In this document: in pieces, positions 43,362 through 53,961 of the stretch
How positions within the stretch are numbered: position 1 is the first letter of the stretch
How the letters are laid out: each line of letters begins with the position of its first letter
DNA from: Elusimicrobiota bacterium
GTDB taxonomy: Bacteria > Elusimicrobiota > Elusimicrobia > Elusimicrobiales > UBA9959
Assembly: GCA_029267355.1 (NCBI GenBank)
Contig: JAJUJA010000002.1
Location: forward strand, 1,386 to 65,385
Length of the DNA: 64,000 nt
Reading direction: 5' to 3'
Position numbers and translations under genes: made by a program
Notes under the pieces: model-generated
What the model saw: the letters and a program-made list of their open reading frames with translations, nothing else
What the model was told of the DNA's origin: nothing
Database searches by the model: none

Positions 43362-44798
43362 CTACATGCAGATGCGGACCTTTCTGAATCTTGCCGGGCT
43401 TGAGGCATGACACATTCTTGAAATTTGAGTCGGCTGGCCCTTGCCGCAATTTGAAACGCCGTAAAGTTTCCAGTGCCTGTGATTTGCTATGGCGTCACAG
43501 GAATTCCAGAATTTCGGCGTTATCCCCTGATAAACCGGGTTTTTCACAAGGCCGGCTATCTTGCCGTTTTTTACAAGTCTGCCTGACTCGCAGCCGAACT
43601 GGAAATTCAGTCTTTTCTGGTCTATGCTCCAGGACTTATTGCTGTCCAGTATTATTCCGTTCTTGACGCCTTCCACCATTTCAAGATATTCATGATTTCC
43701 CGGCATCAGGCTCAAATTCGGTATTCTCGTTATCGGTATTGAAGAAAAACTGTCAGCCCTGTTGCAGGACATGCTTTCAGTCTGGCCTATTCTGCCGCAG
43801 AATTCGCGGTTGGTGGCATAGCCGTTCAATATGCCGTTTTTAATCACATGCCATCTTTTAGACCTTACGCCGTCATCGTCATAGCCCTGAGTGGCCAGGC
43901 CGCCGGGCAAAGTGCCGTCGCCGACTATATTGACTATCTCGCTGCCGTATTTGAACCTGCCGAGTTTTTCAGTAGTGGCGAAACTGGAGCCTGCATAGGA
44001 TTCTTCATAGCCCAGAACTCTGTCAAGCTCAGTAGCATGACCCACGGATTCATGTATCTGTAAAGCGAGCTGATCGCCCATAAGTATAAGGTCCATTTCC
44101 CCGCTCGGGCATTGCGGAGCTGAAAGAAGGGCTACGGCCTCTTCCCTTATACGCTGCGCATTTTCAACCATTTTCAAATCTTCAATCACTTCCCAGCCCA
44201 TGCCGAGCGCGCCGGAATGCTCTCCGGGAAAAGATCTCTGCTGAACCTGATTATTATCCGCAGATACGGCCCTGTAAAAGCCGCCGCTGTAAAGAAGCAC
44301 CTGTTCTATCTCGCTGCCTTCCGTGGAGGCGTACCATTTATGCGTTTTTATGAACTTCAATCTTGAATAGGCGTTTTTTATCCTTTTGTCCGCCGTGAGA
44401 ATTTTGTCTATGGCAAAAAGCATTTCCAGCTTTTTTTCAAGCGCTATCTCAAACGGGTCCTTTAAATACGGAGTCTGCCAGTAATCTTTATGAGCCGGTT
44501 CATAGGCCAGTTTAGTCTTTGTTTTTTTGACTGAAGCGGAAGCTTTGGCTATTTCCAAAGCTTTCAAAGCGGTTTCCTTTACGCAGGCGGCATTAAGAGT
44601 TTTTCCGCTGGCAAAACCCCATCCGCCCCTGTAGAGAACCCTTATTCCAAAGCCCATTGAAATATCGTCGGCCATATCGCCTATATTGGAATTTTTGACG
44701 GAAAGAAATTGCGACCTTTCATCAATTATTCTTATATCGCCGAACTCCGCTTTATTGAACTCAAGAACCTCTATGGCTTTTCTGGCTAAATCAAACAT
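43362..44798 (-). CDS. tldD: TldD-family metallopeptidase
   Basis: 478 aa with the HExxxH motif in the context LQIHESVGHATELD and a conserved glycine-rich C-terminal half. Confidence 0.88.
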   Translation of the reverse strand: MFDLARKAIEVLEFNKAEFGDIRIIDERSQFLSVKNSNIGDMADDISMGFGIRVLYRGGWGFASGKTLNAACVKETALKALEIAKASASVKKTKTKLAYEPAHKDYWQTPYLKDPFEIALEKKLEMLFAIDKILTADKRIKNAYSRLKFIKTHKWYASTEGSEIEQVLLYSGGFYRAVSADNNQVQQRSFPGEHSGALGMGWEVIEDLKMVENAQRIREEAVALLSAPQCPSGEMDLILMGDQLALQIHESVGHATELDRVLGYEESYAGSSFATTEKLGRFKYGSEIVNIVGDGTLPGGLATQGYDDDGVRSKRWHVIKNGILNGYATNREFCGRIGQTESMSCNRADSFSSIPITRIPNLSLMPGNHEYLEMVEGVKNGIILDSNKSWSIDQKRLNFQFGCESGRLVKNGKIAGLVKNPVYQGITPKFWNSCDAIANHRHWKLYGVSNCGKGQPTQISRMCHASSPARFRKVRICM

Positions 44799-44806
44799 AA
44801 ATCCTC

Positions 44807-46126
44807 CTAAAACTGTGTGCCCGAAGAGAAATTAAAATCCTTGACAACAAGAGCCGGACAGGCGCTTTTGCCGAAATAGCCGCCGAAAACTTCCGCTTTA
44901 TCGCCCACAGCTTCTATATTTTTGAAAGCGTCAATGGCGCTGTGAGTAAAACGCAGATTTTTTACGGCTTTGCTTATTTTCCCGTCCTTTATAAGGAAGG
45001 TCCCGTTTCTTGTCATGCCTGTCATCTCTATCGTTTTCGGCTTCAGGCAGTTTGTATAGTGAAATTGAGTAATAAGCAGGCCGTATTCGCAGTTTTTCAC
45101 CATTTTTTCAAGGGAGGTGCCGCCTGGCTTCATCTCTATGTTCATAGGCATGGGGCCATAAGAATTGGGCTGAGGCAGGGAATGGCCTGTATATCTGAAG
45201 CCTGTCTTTTTAGCCACATTTCTGTCGGTAACAATATTTTTTACAACTCCGTTTGCTATAAGCTCAACTTTTTCTTTGGGCCAGCCTTCAAAGTCAAAAG
45301 GCATTGAGGCGGCCGCGCCGTCAAGCGCATTATCCGTGACATTTATAAAATCGGGAAACATTTTTTTGCCGAGATTTTCACTCACAAAGCTTCTTTTTTC
45401 TACATAGGCCTGTCCGGCAAAGCCGTAATAACCCATAAAGCTTAAAAGCTCATTGGCCGGCTGCGGCTCCAGAACAACCGTATATTTGCCGGGCTTTATC
45501 TCAATGGGATTTTTTGACATCTCCGCTTTTTTTATCGCTGTCGCGTTTATGGCGTCAAAATCAAGGTCCATATTATTGCTGTAGCCCGCGGCAGCGCCGT
45601 AACCGGAACCGCATTTGACCGTTACCTCATACTCAAGCGCCGTTTCCAAAGCCCTTTGATAAACGCCGCTGGTATTGGCTATTATCACTTCTGAAGAGCC
45701 GTTTGAGATTATGCCGTAGGCGGTAAGCCCCTTTTTGGCGCAGTAAGCCGTAAGTTTCTTCGCCTTTTGCGCCCTGAAATCAGCTGAAAGGCCGGCGGTC
45801 TCGGCGTCATGGAGTCTCTGAGAATTTATGCGGACAGAAGTTTTAATTAAAGGCAGAAAATCCTTCTCCTTTTTCATATACTTGAGAGAAATAAAGGCGT
45901 TATTGAAAGCGTTTTTCAAGCTTTCATCGTCAAATTTATTAAGGGAAAACTTGAAATTTTTCCCGTCTTTCTGCACTCTAACATCGGCGTATTCATTATC
46001 AGAGAAAACATTCTGTGATATTTCATTGTCGCCTATTCTGGTAAGGGCGTTTTTTGCCCTGAAAAATATAACTTCACAGGCCATGCCTTCGGCATGCCTG
46101 AATATTTTTTCAATATTTTTTTTCAC
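44807..46126 (-). CDS. pmbA: PmbA/TldE-family protein (TldD partner)
   Basis: TldD/PmbA-fold C-terminal blocks without HExxxH, adjacent to tldD. I prefer the GTG at 46126, preceded by GAGAGG. The track start at 46162 is also possible. Confidence 0.8.
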   Translation of the reverse strand: MKKNIEKIFRHAEGMACEVIFFRAKNALTRIGDNEISQNVFSDNEYADVRVQKDGKNFKFSLNKFDDESLKNAFNNAFISLKYMKKEKDFLPLIKTSVRINSQRLHDAETAGLSADFRAQKAKKLTAYCAKKGLTAYGIISNGSSEVIIANTSGVYQRALETALEYEVTVKCGSGYGAAAGYSNNMDLDFDAINATAIKKAEMSKNPIEIKPGKYTVVLEPQPANELLSFMGYYGFAGQAYVEKRSFVSENLGKKMFPDFINVTDNALDGAAASMPFDFEGWPKEKVELIANGVVKNIVTDRNVAKKTGFRYTGHSLPQPNSYGPMPMNIEMKPGGTSLEKMVKNCEYGLLITQFHYTNCLKPKTIEMTGMTRNGTFLIKDGKISKAVKNLRFTHSAIDAFKNIEAVGDKAEVFGGYFGKSACPALVVKDFNFSSGTQF

Positions 46127-46259
46127 AGTATCACCTCTCAAAAAGATTATAACATTAAACACAGTCCATAAACATGTGAAACCGGGTTAACATTGATTTC
46201 GCAGACATTTTTCTTATATTATTATTGGATATTACGCTTTTGAAGGCAATGGAGGTTTT

Positions 46260-47396
46260 ATGAAATTTTTCACATTGATTTTGTCAGCGCTTATTTCTTT
46301 TTGCTCTTATTCCGCTGCCGGCGTTCAGGATGAGGCGCAGAGAATAAAAAATGATTTGAAAGCCAGGCTTGAAAGCCAGAACATAAAGAAGCCGGCTCAG
46401 ATAGCGATTATGAATTTTGACGAGATAGCCAAAGATGCAAGGGATGCCGCCGCCGGCAAAGCGTTCGCCTCGGCTTTGGTGGAAGCTTTTTCTTCAGATA
46501 AGGATTTCATCGTTGTTGAAAGGGAAAAGATTGAGAACATATTTAAGGAGCTTAAACTGAGCATGGCCGGGGCTGTAAGCGAAAAGGATATAAAAAGGGC
46601 CGGCCTGATACTCGGCGCAGACTGGCTTATTATGGGCGATATTTCAGAATCCAACGGCGAGTTTCTTGTGCAGGCCAGAGTAGTCAATTCTGAAAGCGCG
46701 GCCGTAGCCGCCGCCTCTTCAATTCCTGTTGAGAAAAGCAAACTGATAAAAGAAGCTGATGAGAGAATATCCATGGTGGCAAAAAATTACTTTTCACTGC
46801 TTTACGGGGATTTGGATTTGAATGACTTGAATGCCAAATTGCCTTCGGCCGCCGTAGAGCTCAGGCATAATACTACGAAAAATCAGTATATATCCTTTTC
46901 GGCGCTATTTTCATTGAAGGAAAGCGATGATTTGATGACCAGTAAATACATATCTGTTGTGCCGGAAATTTTTAATAATCCGCTCACAATAGAGGAAAAA
47001 ATAAAATCCATTACCGCCTTTTCGCTTAATTACGGCTTTATTTTCAAAATGCCGCTTAAAACAGTTCTCAGAGTTGAGGCCGGCCCCGGTTTTAATGTGG
47101 TCAAGTCCGAGCAAAAGCTATTCTCAAACGCCTTCATAACATCCATGAATGTGAATCTGCCCAAAACGTATGAGCAGAAATATTCCTTCCCCTCCTTGAA
47201 CCTGTCGGCCTCCATGGAAAAAAGAGTATGGAAAACCGTATATTTCGGCCTGGACTTTAATTATAAAAAGTTCTCCTTTGACAGGGAAATATTAAGCGAA
47301 GGCAATTCCGGGCTTAAATCATATCTTGACCCGCTGAAAAATAATATTTCTTCTTCTTCAAAATCAATATTCGGCCGTTTCTCTTTCGCCTTTTAA
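46260..47396 (+). CDS. Putative outer-membrane protein: CsgG/FlgO/LpoB-like N-terminal domain plus a beta-barrel-like C-terminal half
   Basis: Signal peptide. The N-terminal segment AIMNFDE...FIVVEREKIENIFKELKLS...GADWLIMGDISE...FLVQARVVNSESAAV is typical of that periplasmic domain. The protein ends ...FGRFSFAF. Confidence 0.45.
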   Translation: MKFFTLILSALISFCSYSAAGVQDEAQRIKNDLKARLESQNIKKPAQIAIMNFDEIAKDARDAAAGKAFASALVEAFSSDKDFIVVEREKIENIFKELKLSMAGAVSEKDIKRAGLILGADWLIMGDISESNGEFLVQARVVNSESAAVAAASSIPVEKSKLIKEADERISMVAKNYFSLLYGDLDLNDLNAKLPSAAVELRHNTTKNQYISFSALFSLKESDDLMTSKYISVVPEIFNNPLTIEEKIKSITAFSLNYGFIFKMPLKTVLRVEAGPGFNVVKSEQKLFSNAFITSMNVNLPKTYEQKYSFPSLNLSASMEKRVWKTVYFGLDFNYKKFSFDREILSEGNSGLKSYLDPLKNNISSSSKSIFGRFSFAF

Positions 47397-47414
47397 TAAA
47401 AGGCGGCATTTTTC

Positions 47415-47437
47415 TCCCCCTCAGCGCCGGAGGGGGA
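47415..47437 (+). terminator. Rho-independent terminator
   Basis: 8-bp stem TCCCCCTC / GAGGGGGA with a 7-nt loop, followed by TTTTTGCTTTTT. Confidence 0.8.
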
Positions 47438-47455
47438 TTTTTGCTTTTTCAAATT

Positions 47456-47464
47456 TGTTAGAAT
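47456..47464 (+). promoter_or_regulatory. Extended -10 (TGTTAGAAT) 6 nt upstream of the mutL ATG; candidate leaderless promoter
   Basis: TGTTAGAAT at 47456-47464, CTATTT, then ATG at 47471. No SD is present. Confidence 0.5.
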
Positions 47465-47470
47465 CTATTT

Positions 47471-49213
47471 ATGCCGGTACAGATTTTGCCCAAGGAAATC
47501 GTTTCGCTTATAGCTGCAGGCGAGGTAATAGAAAGCCCCGCCTCAGTGCTTAAAGAGCTTGTGGAAAATTCCATAGACGCAGGCGCCAAAAGCATAGATA
47601 TAGAAATAAAAAAAGCCGGCAGAGAACTTATAAGGGTAAAAGATGACGGCGAAGGTATGGATGAGCAGGACTTGCGTCTTTGCGTATATCCTCATTCAAC
47701 AAGCAAGATTAGGGCCTATGAAGATTTAAATTCAATATCAAGCTACGGCTTCCGCGGCGAGGCGCTTTATTCGGTTTTCAGCGTTTCAAAGATAAAGATA
47801 CAAACATACAACGGCAAAGGAAATTCAGGTTTCGCCCTTTACGGCGAAGGCAAAGACCCTTCAACCGCTCAAATAAAGCCTTCTCCGCCCGTGAAAGGCA
47901 CTATAGTTGAAATAAAGGAACTTTTCTTTAATACTCCGGCCAGAAAAAAATTTTTAAAAAGCGACAATTCTCTTAGAGCCGCCGTAATAAGAACGGTTGA
48001 AGAATTTATACTCGCCAGGCCTGATATTTCTTTCTCATTGAAAATTGACAGTTCGCCGATTTTTTCAATCAAGGGCTCAGGTGATTTGAATGAAAGCGTC
48101 AGGGCGGTTTTTATGCCTGCCGCAGCCGAAAGGATGATAGATGTAAAGGCTTTTGAGAAAGGCTGGGAATTGACCGCCAAAGTATCGGACCCTTCATCTC
48201 TTATAGCTTCCAGAAATTCGCAGTATTATTTCATAAACGGCCGCGCAGTTGAATGTAAAACCGCTCAAAAGGCCGTTTATAAAGCCTATGAACATATACG
48301 CAATGGCAAACATCCGGCTCTGGCCGTTTTCCTTAAAGGACCAGCTGAAGAAATAGATGTCAATGTTCATCCTCAAAAGAAGGAAGTGAAGTTTAAAGAC
48401 GAGAACTTTATTTACTCCTTTGTTTATTCCTCAATTTACAGCCGTATAATGCAAAATCAGACGCCGCCGAAACTTGAACAGCCGAAAGAAGCTATAAACC
48501 GGGATTTTGAGGGCAATACCGCTCAGTCCATACCGGATAAAGAACAGCCGCCTGAAGCCCTGCCGCAGTATGCTCAGGAAGATTTTCTTGCCCATATATA
48601 TCAGCCGGCTGGAAATAAGAGCTGGAACAGAAAACCCGTCGTTTATATAGGCCAAATCTTTGACAGTTTGCTGATTTTTCAGAATCCTCAAGCTATGCTT
48701 ATAGTTGATCAGCATGCGGCAGCTGAAAGGATACTTTTTGAAAAATACCTGGAAGAGTTCAGGCGCGAATCCGTAAAGATACAGGATTTGCTTATACCGG
48801 CCGTAATAGAAATGAGCGCTTCAAAAGCCGAAAATCTTATGCTTTGGAAAGACTGGCTTTTGAAAGCCGGTTTTGAAATAAACAGGTCCGGCCCAAATAC
48901 CGTGACGGCTTATAGCGCGCCTTCCGTATTCTACTTCACGCCGCAGGCGCTGAAAGATTTCTTCTTATATCTGTCCGAGATACTCGGCGATCCGTCAAAG
49001 GCCCCTGAAGAGCTTAAAAGGAACTCCATAGCCACGCTGGCCTGCAAAAAATCCATAAAAGCCAGGGAAAAAGTTGATTCCGTCTCCGCTTTAAAAATGC
49101 TTGAGGAGCTTTCCGGCTGCCAGGACCCGCTTCATTGCCCGCATGGCCGGCCCACGCTTATAGAATTTCCCCTTGAAGAGCTTACAAGAAGGTTTCAGAG
49201 AAGCTCCATTTAA
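47471..49213 (+). CDS. mutL: DNA mismatch repair protein MutL
   Basis: GHKL N-terminal motifs (VLKELVENSIDAGA, DDGEGM, YGFRGEAL) and the C-terminal endonuclease-type motif region (DQHAAAERILFE; CPHGRPT). Confidence 0.95.
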   Translation: MPVQILPKEIVSLIAAGEVIESPASVLKELVENSIDAGAKSIDIEIKKAGRELIRVKDDGEGMDEQDLRLCVYPHSTSKIRAYEDLNSISSYGFRGEALYSVFSVSKIKIQTYNGKGNSGFALYGEGKDPSTAQIKPSPPVKGTIVEIKELFFNTPARKKFLKSDNSLRAAVIRTVEEFILARPDISFSLKIDSSPIFSIKGSGDLNESVRAVFMPAAAERMIDVKAFEKGWELTAKVSDPSSLIASRNSQYYFINGRAVECKTAQKAVYKAYEHIRNGKHPALAVFLKGPAEEIDVNVHPQKKEVKFKDENFIYSFVYSSIYSRIMQNQTPPKLEQPKEAINRDFEGNTAQSIPDKEQPPEALPQYAQEDFLAHIYQPAGNKSWNRKPVVYIGQIFDSLLIFQNPQAMLIVDQHAAAERILFEKYLEEFRRESVKIQDLLIPAVIEMSASKAENLMLWKDWLLKAGFEINRSGPNTVTAYSAPSVFYFTPQALKDFFLYLSEILGDPSKAPEELKRNSIATLACKKSIKAREKVDSVSALKMLEELSGCQDPLHCPHGRPTLIEFPLEELTRRFQRSSI

Positions 49214-49253
49214 AAGCATTTCTGACAGCTTAAAAATTTTATAACATAGCTTT

Positions 49254-49793
49254 ATGGACATTCTTGAAGCGATAAAAAAAAGAAAAAGCGTCAGAGCTTA
49301 TGCCGATAAGCCAGTTGAAGATGAAAAGCTGCGGCTTTGTCTTGAGGCGGTAAAACTTTCGCCTTCAGCCTGCAATCTTCAGCCCTATAAAATACATATC
49401 CTTACCGGAAAAAACAAGGACGAATTTTGCGGGCAGGTTTTTTCCGGCACATATTCGGCCTGCTCCTTTGCGGCGAAAGCGCCTGTCATTTTCGCCTTTG
49501 TCTCCAGCAAAAAAACTTTTACCGGCTGGGCCGGCAATCAAATACAGGGAACAGATTTCCCCCTTATAGACATAGGCATAGCCGGAGAGCATCTGGCTCT
49601 TCAGGCTGCTGCTCTCGGCCTCGGCACTTGCTGGCTGGGCTGGTTTTCCAAGAAAAAGGCCGATAAATTCCTTAAAACCGGCTTTGGCGAAAAAACCGAG
49701 ATACTTATGTCTCTGGGCTATCCTGCAGGAGAGACTCCGGCAAGGCCCAGGAAAAAAGACGATGAACTTTTCTTTTTCACGGAGAAAATATGA
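49254..49793 (+). CDS. Nitroreductase-family protein
   Basis: N-terminal AIKKRKSVRAY...SPSACNLQPY and a GLGTCWLG block. Confidence 0.85.
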   Translation: MDILEAIKKRKSVRAYADKPVEDEKLRLCLEAVKLSPSACNLQPYKIHILTGKNKDEFCGQVFSGTYSACSFAAKAPVIFAFVSSKKTFTGWAGNQIQGTDFPLIDIGIAGEHLALQAAALGLGTCWLGWFSKKKADKFLKTGFGEKTEILMSLGYPAGETPARPRKKDDELFFFTEKI

Positions 49794-50122
49794 TAAAAGT
49801 TCTGCTTTTTACGATTCTGGCCGTCTTTTGCGCTCAAACTCCGGATACCTGCTCCAAGAAAGAGGGCTGCTCATTCAAGCCGGTAACTCTTGAGTCGGCC
49901 CTGGCAGCGCCTGCCGCCAAAGCCGACACAAACAAGGCGCAGGCGGATAAAAAACCTGCAGCAGACCGGGATATAAATCCTCCGGCGCAGCCGCCGCAGA
50001 ATTCAAATAATGAGAGCGCAAAAAAAACTTTGGAAAATCCGCAATATCTGCTTGTCTGGATAATGATACTGGCCGGGCTTTACTTTTATCTCAGGGATAA
50101 AAAGAAAAAAGGCAAAAAATGA
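49790..50122 (+). CDS. Hypothetical small protein: signal peptide or N-terminal anchor, Pro/Ala-rich linker, C-terminal TM segment
   Basis: Supported only by ORF context (ATGA overlaps on both sides) and hydrophobic termini. Confidence 0.4.
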   Translation: MIKVLLFTILAVFCAQTPDTCSKKEGCSFKPVTLESALAAPAAKADTNKAQADKKPAADRDINPPAQPPQNSNNESAKKTLENPQYLLVWIMILAGLYFYLRDKKKKGKK

Positions 50123-50760
50123 ATATAGATGCAGCGTCTCAAACGGTTCATGTGCTCTTCGGCACAGCCCTGCTTTATGCCGCGATAACAGAGGCCGTGA
50201 AAACTTTAAATCCCTCTTCCTTATGGCAGAAATATATCCCTGCGGCTTTTCTGGCCGCGGGCTTCTTTTGCGCCGCTGCCGTACTTTACTACTGCCCGTC
50301 TCAATTTAAATTATTTTCTTCATTGATATTTTCGCTTTTATCTCTGGGGCTGGCAGCTTTCTTTGCGCCTGCCCAAAAAAGCTGGGAAAGGCTTTATTTC
50401 GCCCTGTATATACTTGCAGCCGTGTTCATAATGTTTTTCCCGAAAGCCATGGCCGAAAGTTTCCGCCAGCAGGAATATGCCAAGCATCTGCTTATCTCAG
50501 CTCCTTTGGCGGCTTTTGCGCTTCTTAAACTGGCCGGTTTTAAAAAACGGGATACGGGCAAAGCTGCGGCTATACTGCTTTTTATAACCGCCTTTCAGCT
50601 GATTTTCTATAATGCCGAAAAAGGCTCATTTTCGGCCGGAAATGAAGAAACTTATTCCTTAACGATTCAAACGCCGGTAAAAGACAATATCGGGGAAAAT
50701 GAAAAAAATACTGATAAAAAAAGCGCTGGCGATAAGCAAAAAAGACAGACTTCTAAATAA
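50119..50760 (+). CDS. Hypothetical polytopic membrane protein
   Basis: About 6 hydrophobic segments. Overlaps the pyrC start by about 60 nt. Confidence 0.45.
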   Translation: MNIDAASQTVHVLFGTALLYAAITEAVKTLNPSSLWQKYIPAAFLAAGFFCAAAVLYYCPSQFKLFSSLIFSLLSLGLAAFFAPAQKSWERLYFALYILAAVFIMFFPKAMAESFRQQEYAKHLLISAPLAAFALLKLAGFKKRDTGKAAAILLFITAFQLIFYNAEKGSFSAGNEETYSLTIQTPVKDNIGENEKNTDKKSAGDKQKRQTSK

Positions 50761-51976
50761 GCTGGATATTCTTGTGGAAAACGGCAGGATTTCAAGAATA
50801 TCCAACTCAATAGAGCCGTCTAAAAACTGGAAAACAATAAAAGCCGAAAAGCTTTGGCTGACGCCAGGGATCATAGACACGCATGTGCATTCAAGAGTGC
50901 CTGGCGGCGAAAACAAAGAGGATTTCAAGTCTCTAACAAGGGCCGCTTTATCCGGCGGCATAACAAGCGTTCTGCTTATGCCCAATACTGAGCCGCCGAC
51001 AGATGAAAATCTTCTGCCTTTTTTGAAAAAGAAGGCGGCAGCGGAAACCGCTCTCAATATATTTTTTGCCTGCGCCATAACCCGGCAAAGAAAAGGCAAA
51101 TTGCCGGTAAACTTTGATAAGGCAGTAAAGGCGGGAGCTTCAGCTTTCACGGATGACGGCTCATGGACTTCAAGTTCATCGGCTATGCTGAAAGCGCTTG
51201 AATATTCCACTAAGACAAAAATCCCTGTTCTATCTCATTGCCAGCTTGAAGGCTTTAATGGAGCCGTCAATAAAGGAACCGTTTCAAAAAAACTCGGCCT
51301 TAAAGGCCAGCCGGATTGGGCGGAATACAAGGCCGCTTTGAGAGATATAAAACTGGCCGTTCAAACCTCAGGCCGTCTGCATATACAGCATGTAAGCTGC
51401 GCAAAAACCGCAAATATAATCGCAGATATAAATTCGCCTTCAATAACAGCTGAAACCTGCCCTCATTACTTCTTTTTCACTCAGGAGGATCTTTTGCCGC
51501 TTGACGCCAATTTCAAGATGAATCCTCCCCTGAGAACAAAAAAAGACAGAAAAGAGATCATAAAAGCCCTGAAAAAAAATCACATCTCCATAATAGCAAG
51601 CGACCATGCCCCGCATTTGCAAAAAGATAAAAGCGCAGGCCTTGAAAAAGCGCCGTTCGGTGTAATAGGCCTTGAAACTATGCTTTCAGCTTCCATAAGC
51701 GCGCTTTACCATGAAAATAATTTGCCCATTGATGAAATAATTGAAAAAATGACCTCAGCGCCGGCCGCTCTTTTAAATCTTGAGAATAAGGGCGTTTTAA
51801 GGCCGGGAGCGGATGCAGATCTGGCCATAATAGACCCTGAACTTGAATGGCTGCCTGAAAAATTTTATTCCAAGTCGGCCAATTCTCCCTTTATCGGCAA
51901 AAAATTAAAGGGCAAAGCGCTCATTACCATACTGAAAGGCAGAATAGTTTATGAAAAAGGAAAATTTTATCTATAA
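50699..51976 (+). CDS. pyrC: Dihydroorotase
   Basis: Amidohydrolase motif PGIIDTHVH, the ASDHAPH block, 425 aa. Confidence 0.9.
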   Translation: MKKILIKKALAISKKDRLLNKLDILVENGRISRISNSIEPSKNWKTIKAEKLWLTPGIIDTHVHSRVPGGENKEDFKSLTRAALSGGITSVLLMPNTEPPTDENLLPFLKKKAAAETALNIFFACAITRQRKGKLPVNFDKAVKAGASAFTDDGSWTSSSSAMLKALEYSTKTKIPVLSHCQLEGFNGAVNKGTVSKKLGLKGQPDWAEYKAALRDIKLAVQTSGRLHIQHVSCAKTANIIADINSPSITAETCPHYFFFTQEDLLPLDANFKMNPPLRTKKDRKEIIKALKKNHISIIASDHAPHLQKDKSAGLEKAPFGVIGLETMLSASISALYHENNLPIDEIIEKMTSAPAALLNLENKGVLRPGADADLAIIDPELEWLPEKFYSKSANSPFIGKKLKGKALITILKGRIVYEKGKFYL

Positions 51977-52949
51977 AAGAATTTTAAGACCCGCTTTTTT
52001 CTCTCTGGACCCTGAAAAGGCGCATGACACGGCAATTATTTTTCTCAGGGCACTGAACGCCGTTCCTTTCAAAAAGAAATTAATTTCCTTTTTTTTCAAA
52101 GAAACAAAAAAAGAGCTGGAAATTGCAGGCATTAAATTTAAAAATCCGCTCGGACTGGCGGCCGGCTTTGATAAAAATGCAGAGGTATATCCCGTTCTTG
52201 CTCTTATGGGCTTCGGCTTCATTGAGACAGGCACCATAACCTTTAAGGCCCAGCCCGGCAGCCCAAAACCGCGCCTTTTCAGATACCCGGAAAATATGGC
52301 GCTGGTCAATAAAATGGGCTTTAACAATTGCGGGGCAGAAAAAGCCGCGCAAAATTTTCGCAAAAACGGGAAAATCTCCGTGCCTCTGGGAATAAGCGTA
52401 GGGAAAAATTCGGATTGCCCTATAGAAAAAGCGCCTGAAAATTATGCGGCTGCCTTTGAAATTCTGGCCTCTTACGGCGATTTCTTCAGCATAAATGTCA
52501 GCTGCCCCAACATACAAAATCTTTCGCTTCTGCATGCGCAGCATTATCTTGAAAAAATTTTTTCAGCTTACAGGAAAGCGGCCGGAGAAAAACCTGTTTT
52601 TCTCAAAATAGCCCCTGACCTTAACGATGAAGAGCTGAAAAATGTGATTTCAGTATGCGCCAAATACAAGGCCGGCCTTATAGCTTCCAATACGCTGCCT
52701 GCCGAAAAGGCCGGCTATCCGCAAAAGGGCGGCTTAAGCGGCAGGCCTTTATCAATGCTGGCTTTGAATTGCCTTTCAAGGATAAGAGCCATATCAAAAG
52801 ATATTCCGCTGATATCAAGCGGCGGCATATTCAGCGCCTCTGATTTGAAATTAAGGTTTGAAGCCGGAGCCGATTTGGCGCAAATTTACACAGCAATGAT
52901 CTATGAGGGCCCTTTTACCGCCCAAAATATTCTTTCCGGATTGAAATGA
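51951..52949 (+). CDS. pyrD: Dihydroorotate dehydrogenase, class 2 (quinone-type)
   Basis: N-terminal extension (LRPAFFSLDPEKAHD), then GLAAGFDKN, NxxGFNN and the SGGI blocks. Confidence 0.9.
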   Translation: MKKENFIYKRILRPAFFSLDPEKAHDTAIIFLRALNAVPFKKKLISFFFKETKKELEIAGIKFKNPLGLAAGFDKNAEVYPVLALMGFGFIETGTITFKAQPGSPKPRLFRYPENMALVNKMGFNNCGAEKAAQNFRKNGKISVPLGISVGKNSDCPIEKAPENYAAAFEILASYGDFFSINVSCPNIQNLSLLHAQHYLEKIFSAYRKAAGEKPVFLKIAPDLNDEELKNVISVCAKYKAGLIASNTLPAEKAGYPQKGGLSGRPLSMLALNCLSRIRAISKDIPLISSGGIFSASDLKLRFEAGADLAQIYTAMIYEGPFTAQNILSGLK

Positions 52950-52950
52950 T

Positions 52951-53961
52951 TTATCTGCCGTACTTGGCCGCTATGGCCTCGGCTATTTGAACCGAATTAA
53001 GAGCTGCGCCTTTGTAGAGATTATCTCCGGCCAGCCATACGGCGAATTCTCTTTCCGCAGCGCCGGGCCTTAATCTTGAGACATATACGCATTCAGTTTT
53101 AGCCGTATTCAAAGGCGTGGCGTATTCAGGCGGTTTTATATATTTAGCGCCGGGAGTTGATGAAAATGTCTTTTCCAGAGCCTTGATGGTCCAGGGCTTG
53201 GAAGTTTTTATCCAGGCGGCAAGACAATGAGTTCTAACAGCAGGCACTCTTACGGCGGTAACGCTTATCCTTATGGAGCCGGCGCGCCATATTTTTTTAA
53301 GCTCAGCCGAGACCTTATTCTCTTCTCCGCTATAACCCAGCCTGTCAAAAGAGCCGACTTGCGGGAAAATATTGAAAGCTATGGGATGGGCAAAGGGACT
53401 TTCCGGCGATTTGACATTATGGCCGGTCCTTATAAATTCAGCGCTTTCCTCAAACAAAGCGTTCAAGGCTCTTTTGCCTGCGCCTGAAACCGCCTGATAA
53501 GATGAAAGTCTTATTTCCTTTATGCCGAATTTTTTATGTATTTGAGCGCAGCCCACGGCCAGCGGCGTCAATGTGCAATTGGGGCCAGCTATAACTTTTT
53601 CTCTTTCATCTATAATGTCCCCGTTTATTTCAGGTATTACAAGAGGCACTCTCTTGTCCATCCTGAACCTTGAAGAATCGTCTATGCACCATACGCCTTT
53701 TTCTGCCAGCTTAAAAGCGTATTTCTCGGAGACTTCCTCATTGCTTACAAAAAAAACTATTTCGCATTCAGACATTTTCTTAAAATCGGGCTTTTCGCAG
53801 CCGTATTTCCTGCCCTTAAATTTCACAAATGATTCTCTTTTGCCTGAAGAAAAGAAATATGCCCTGCTGACCGGAAATTTCCTTTTCTCAAGCAAATACA
53901 ATAATTCGCCTCCGACCATGCCGGAAGCTCCGACAACGGCTATTTTCCACTCTTTTTTCAT
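52951..53961 (-). CDS. asd: Aspartate-semialdehyde dehydrogenase
   Basis: Rossmann start IAVVGASGMVG, active-site context AGPNCTLTP and the SYQAVSGAG block. Confidence 0.92.
   Translation of the reverse strand: MKKEWKIAVVGASGMVGGELLYLLEKRKFPVSRAYFFSSGKRESFVKFKGRKYGCEKPDFKKMSECEIVFFVSNEEVSEKYAFKLAEKGVWCIDDSSRFRMDKRVPLVIPEINGDIIDEREKVIAGPNCTLTPLAVGCAQIHKKFGIKEIRLSSYQAVSGAGKRALNALFEESAEFIRTGHNVKSPESPFAHPIAFNIFPQVGSFDRLGYSGEENKVSAELKKIWRAGSIRISVTAVRVPAVRTHCLAAWIKTSKPWTIKALEKTFSSTPGAKYIKPPEYATPLNTAKTECVYVSRLRPGAAEREFAVWLAGDNLYKGAALNSVQIAEAIAAKYGR

Noticed and set aside
50659-52544. Minus-strand ORFs of 183, 130 and 154 aa antisense to pyrC and pyrD.
   Set aside because: They are antisense to genes with clear dihydroorotase and DHODH motifs. 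They have no independent signals.
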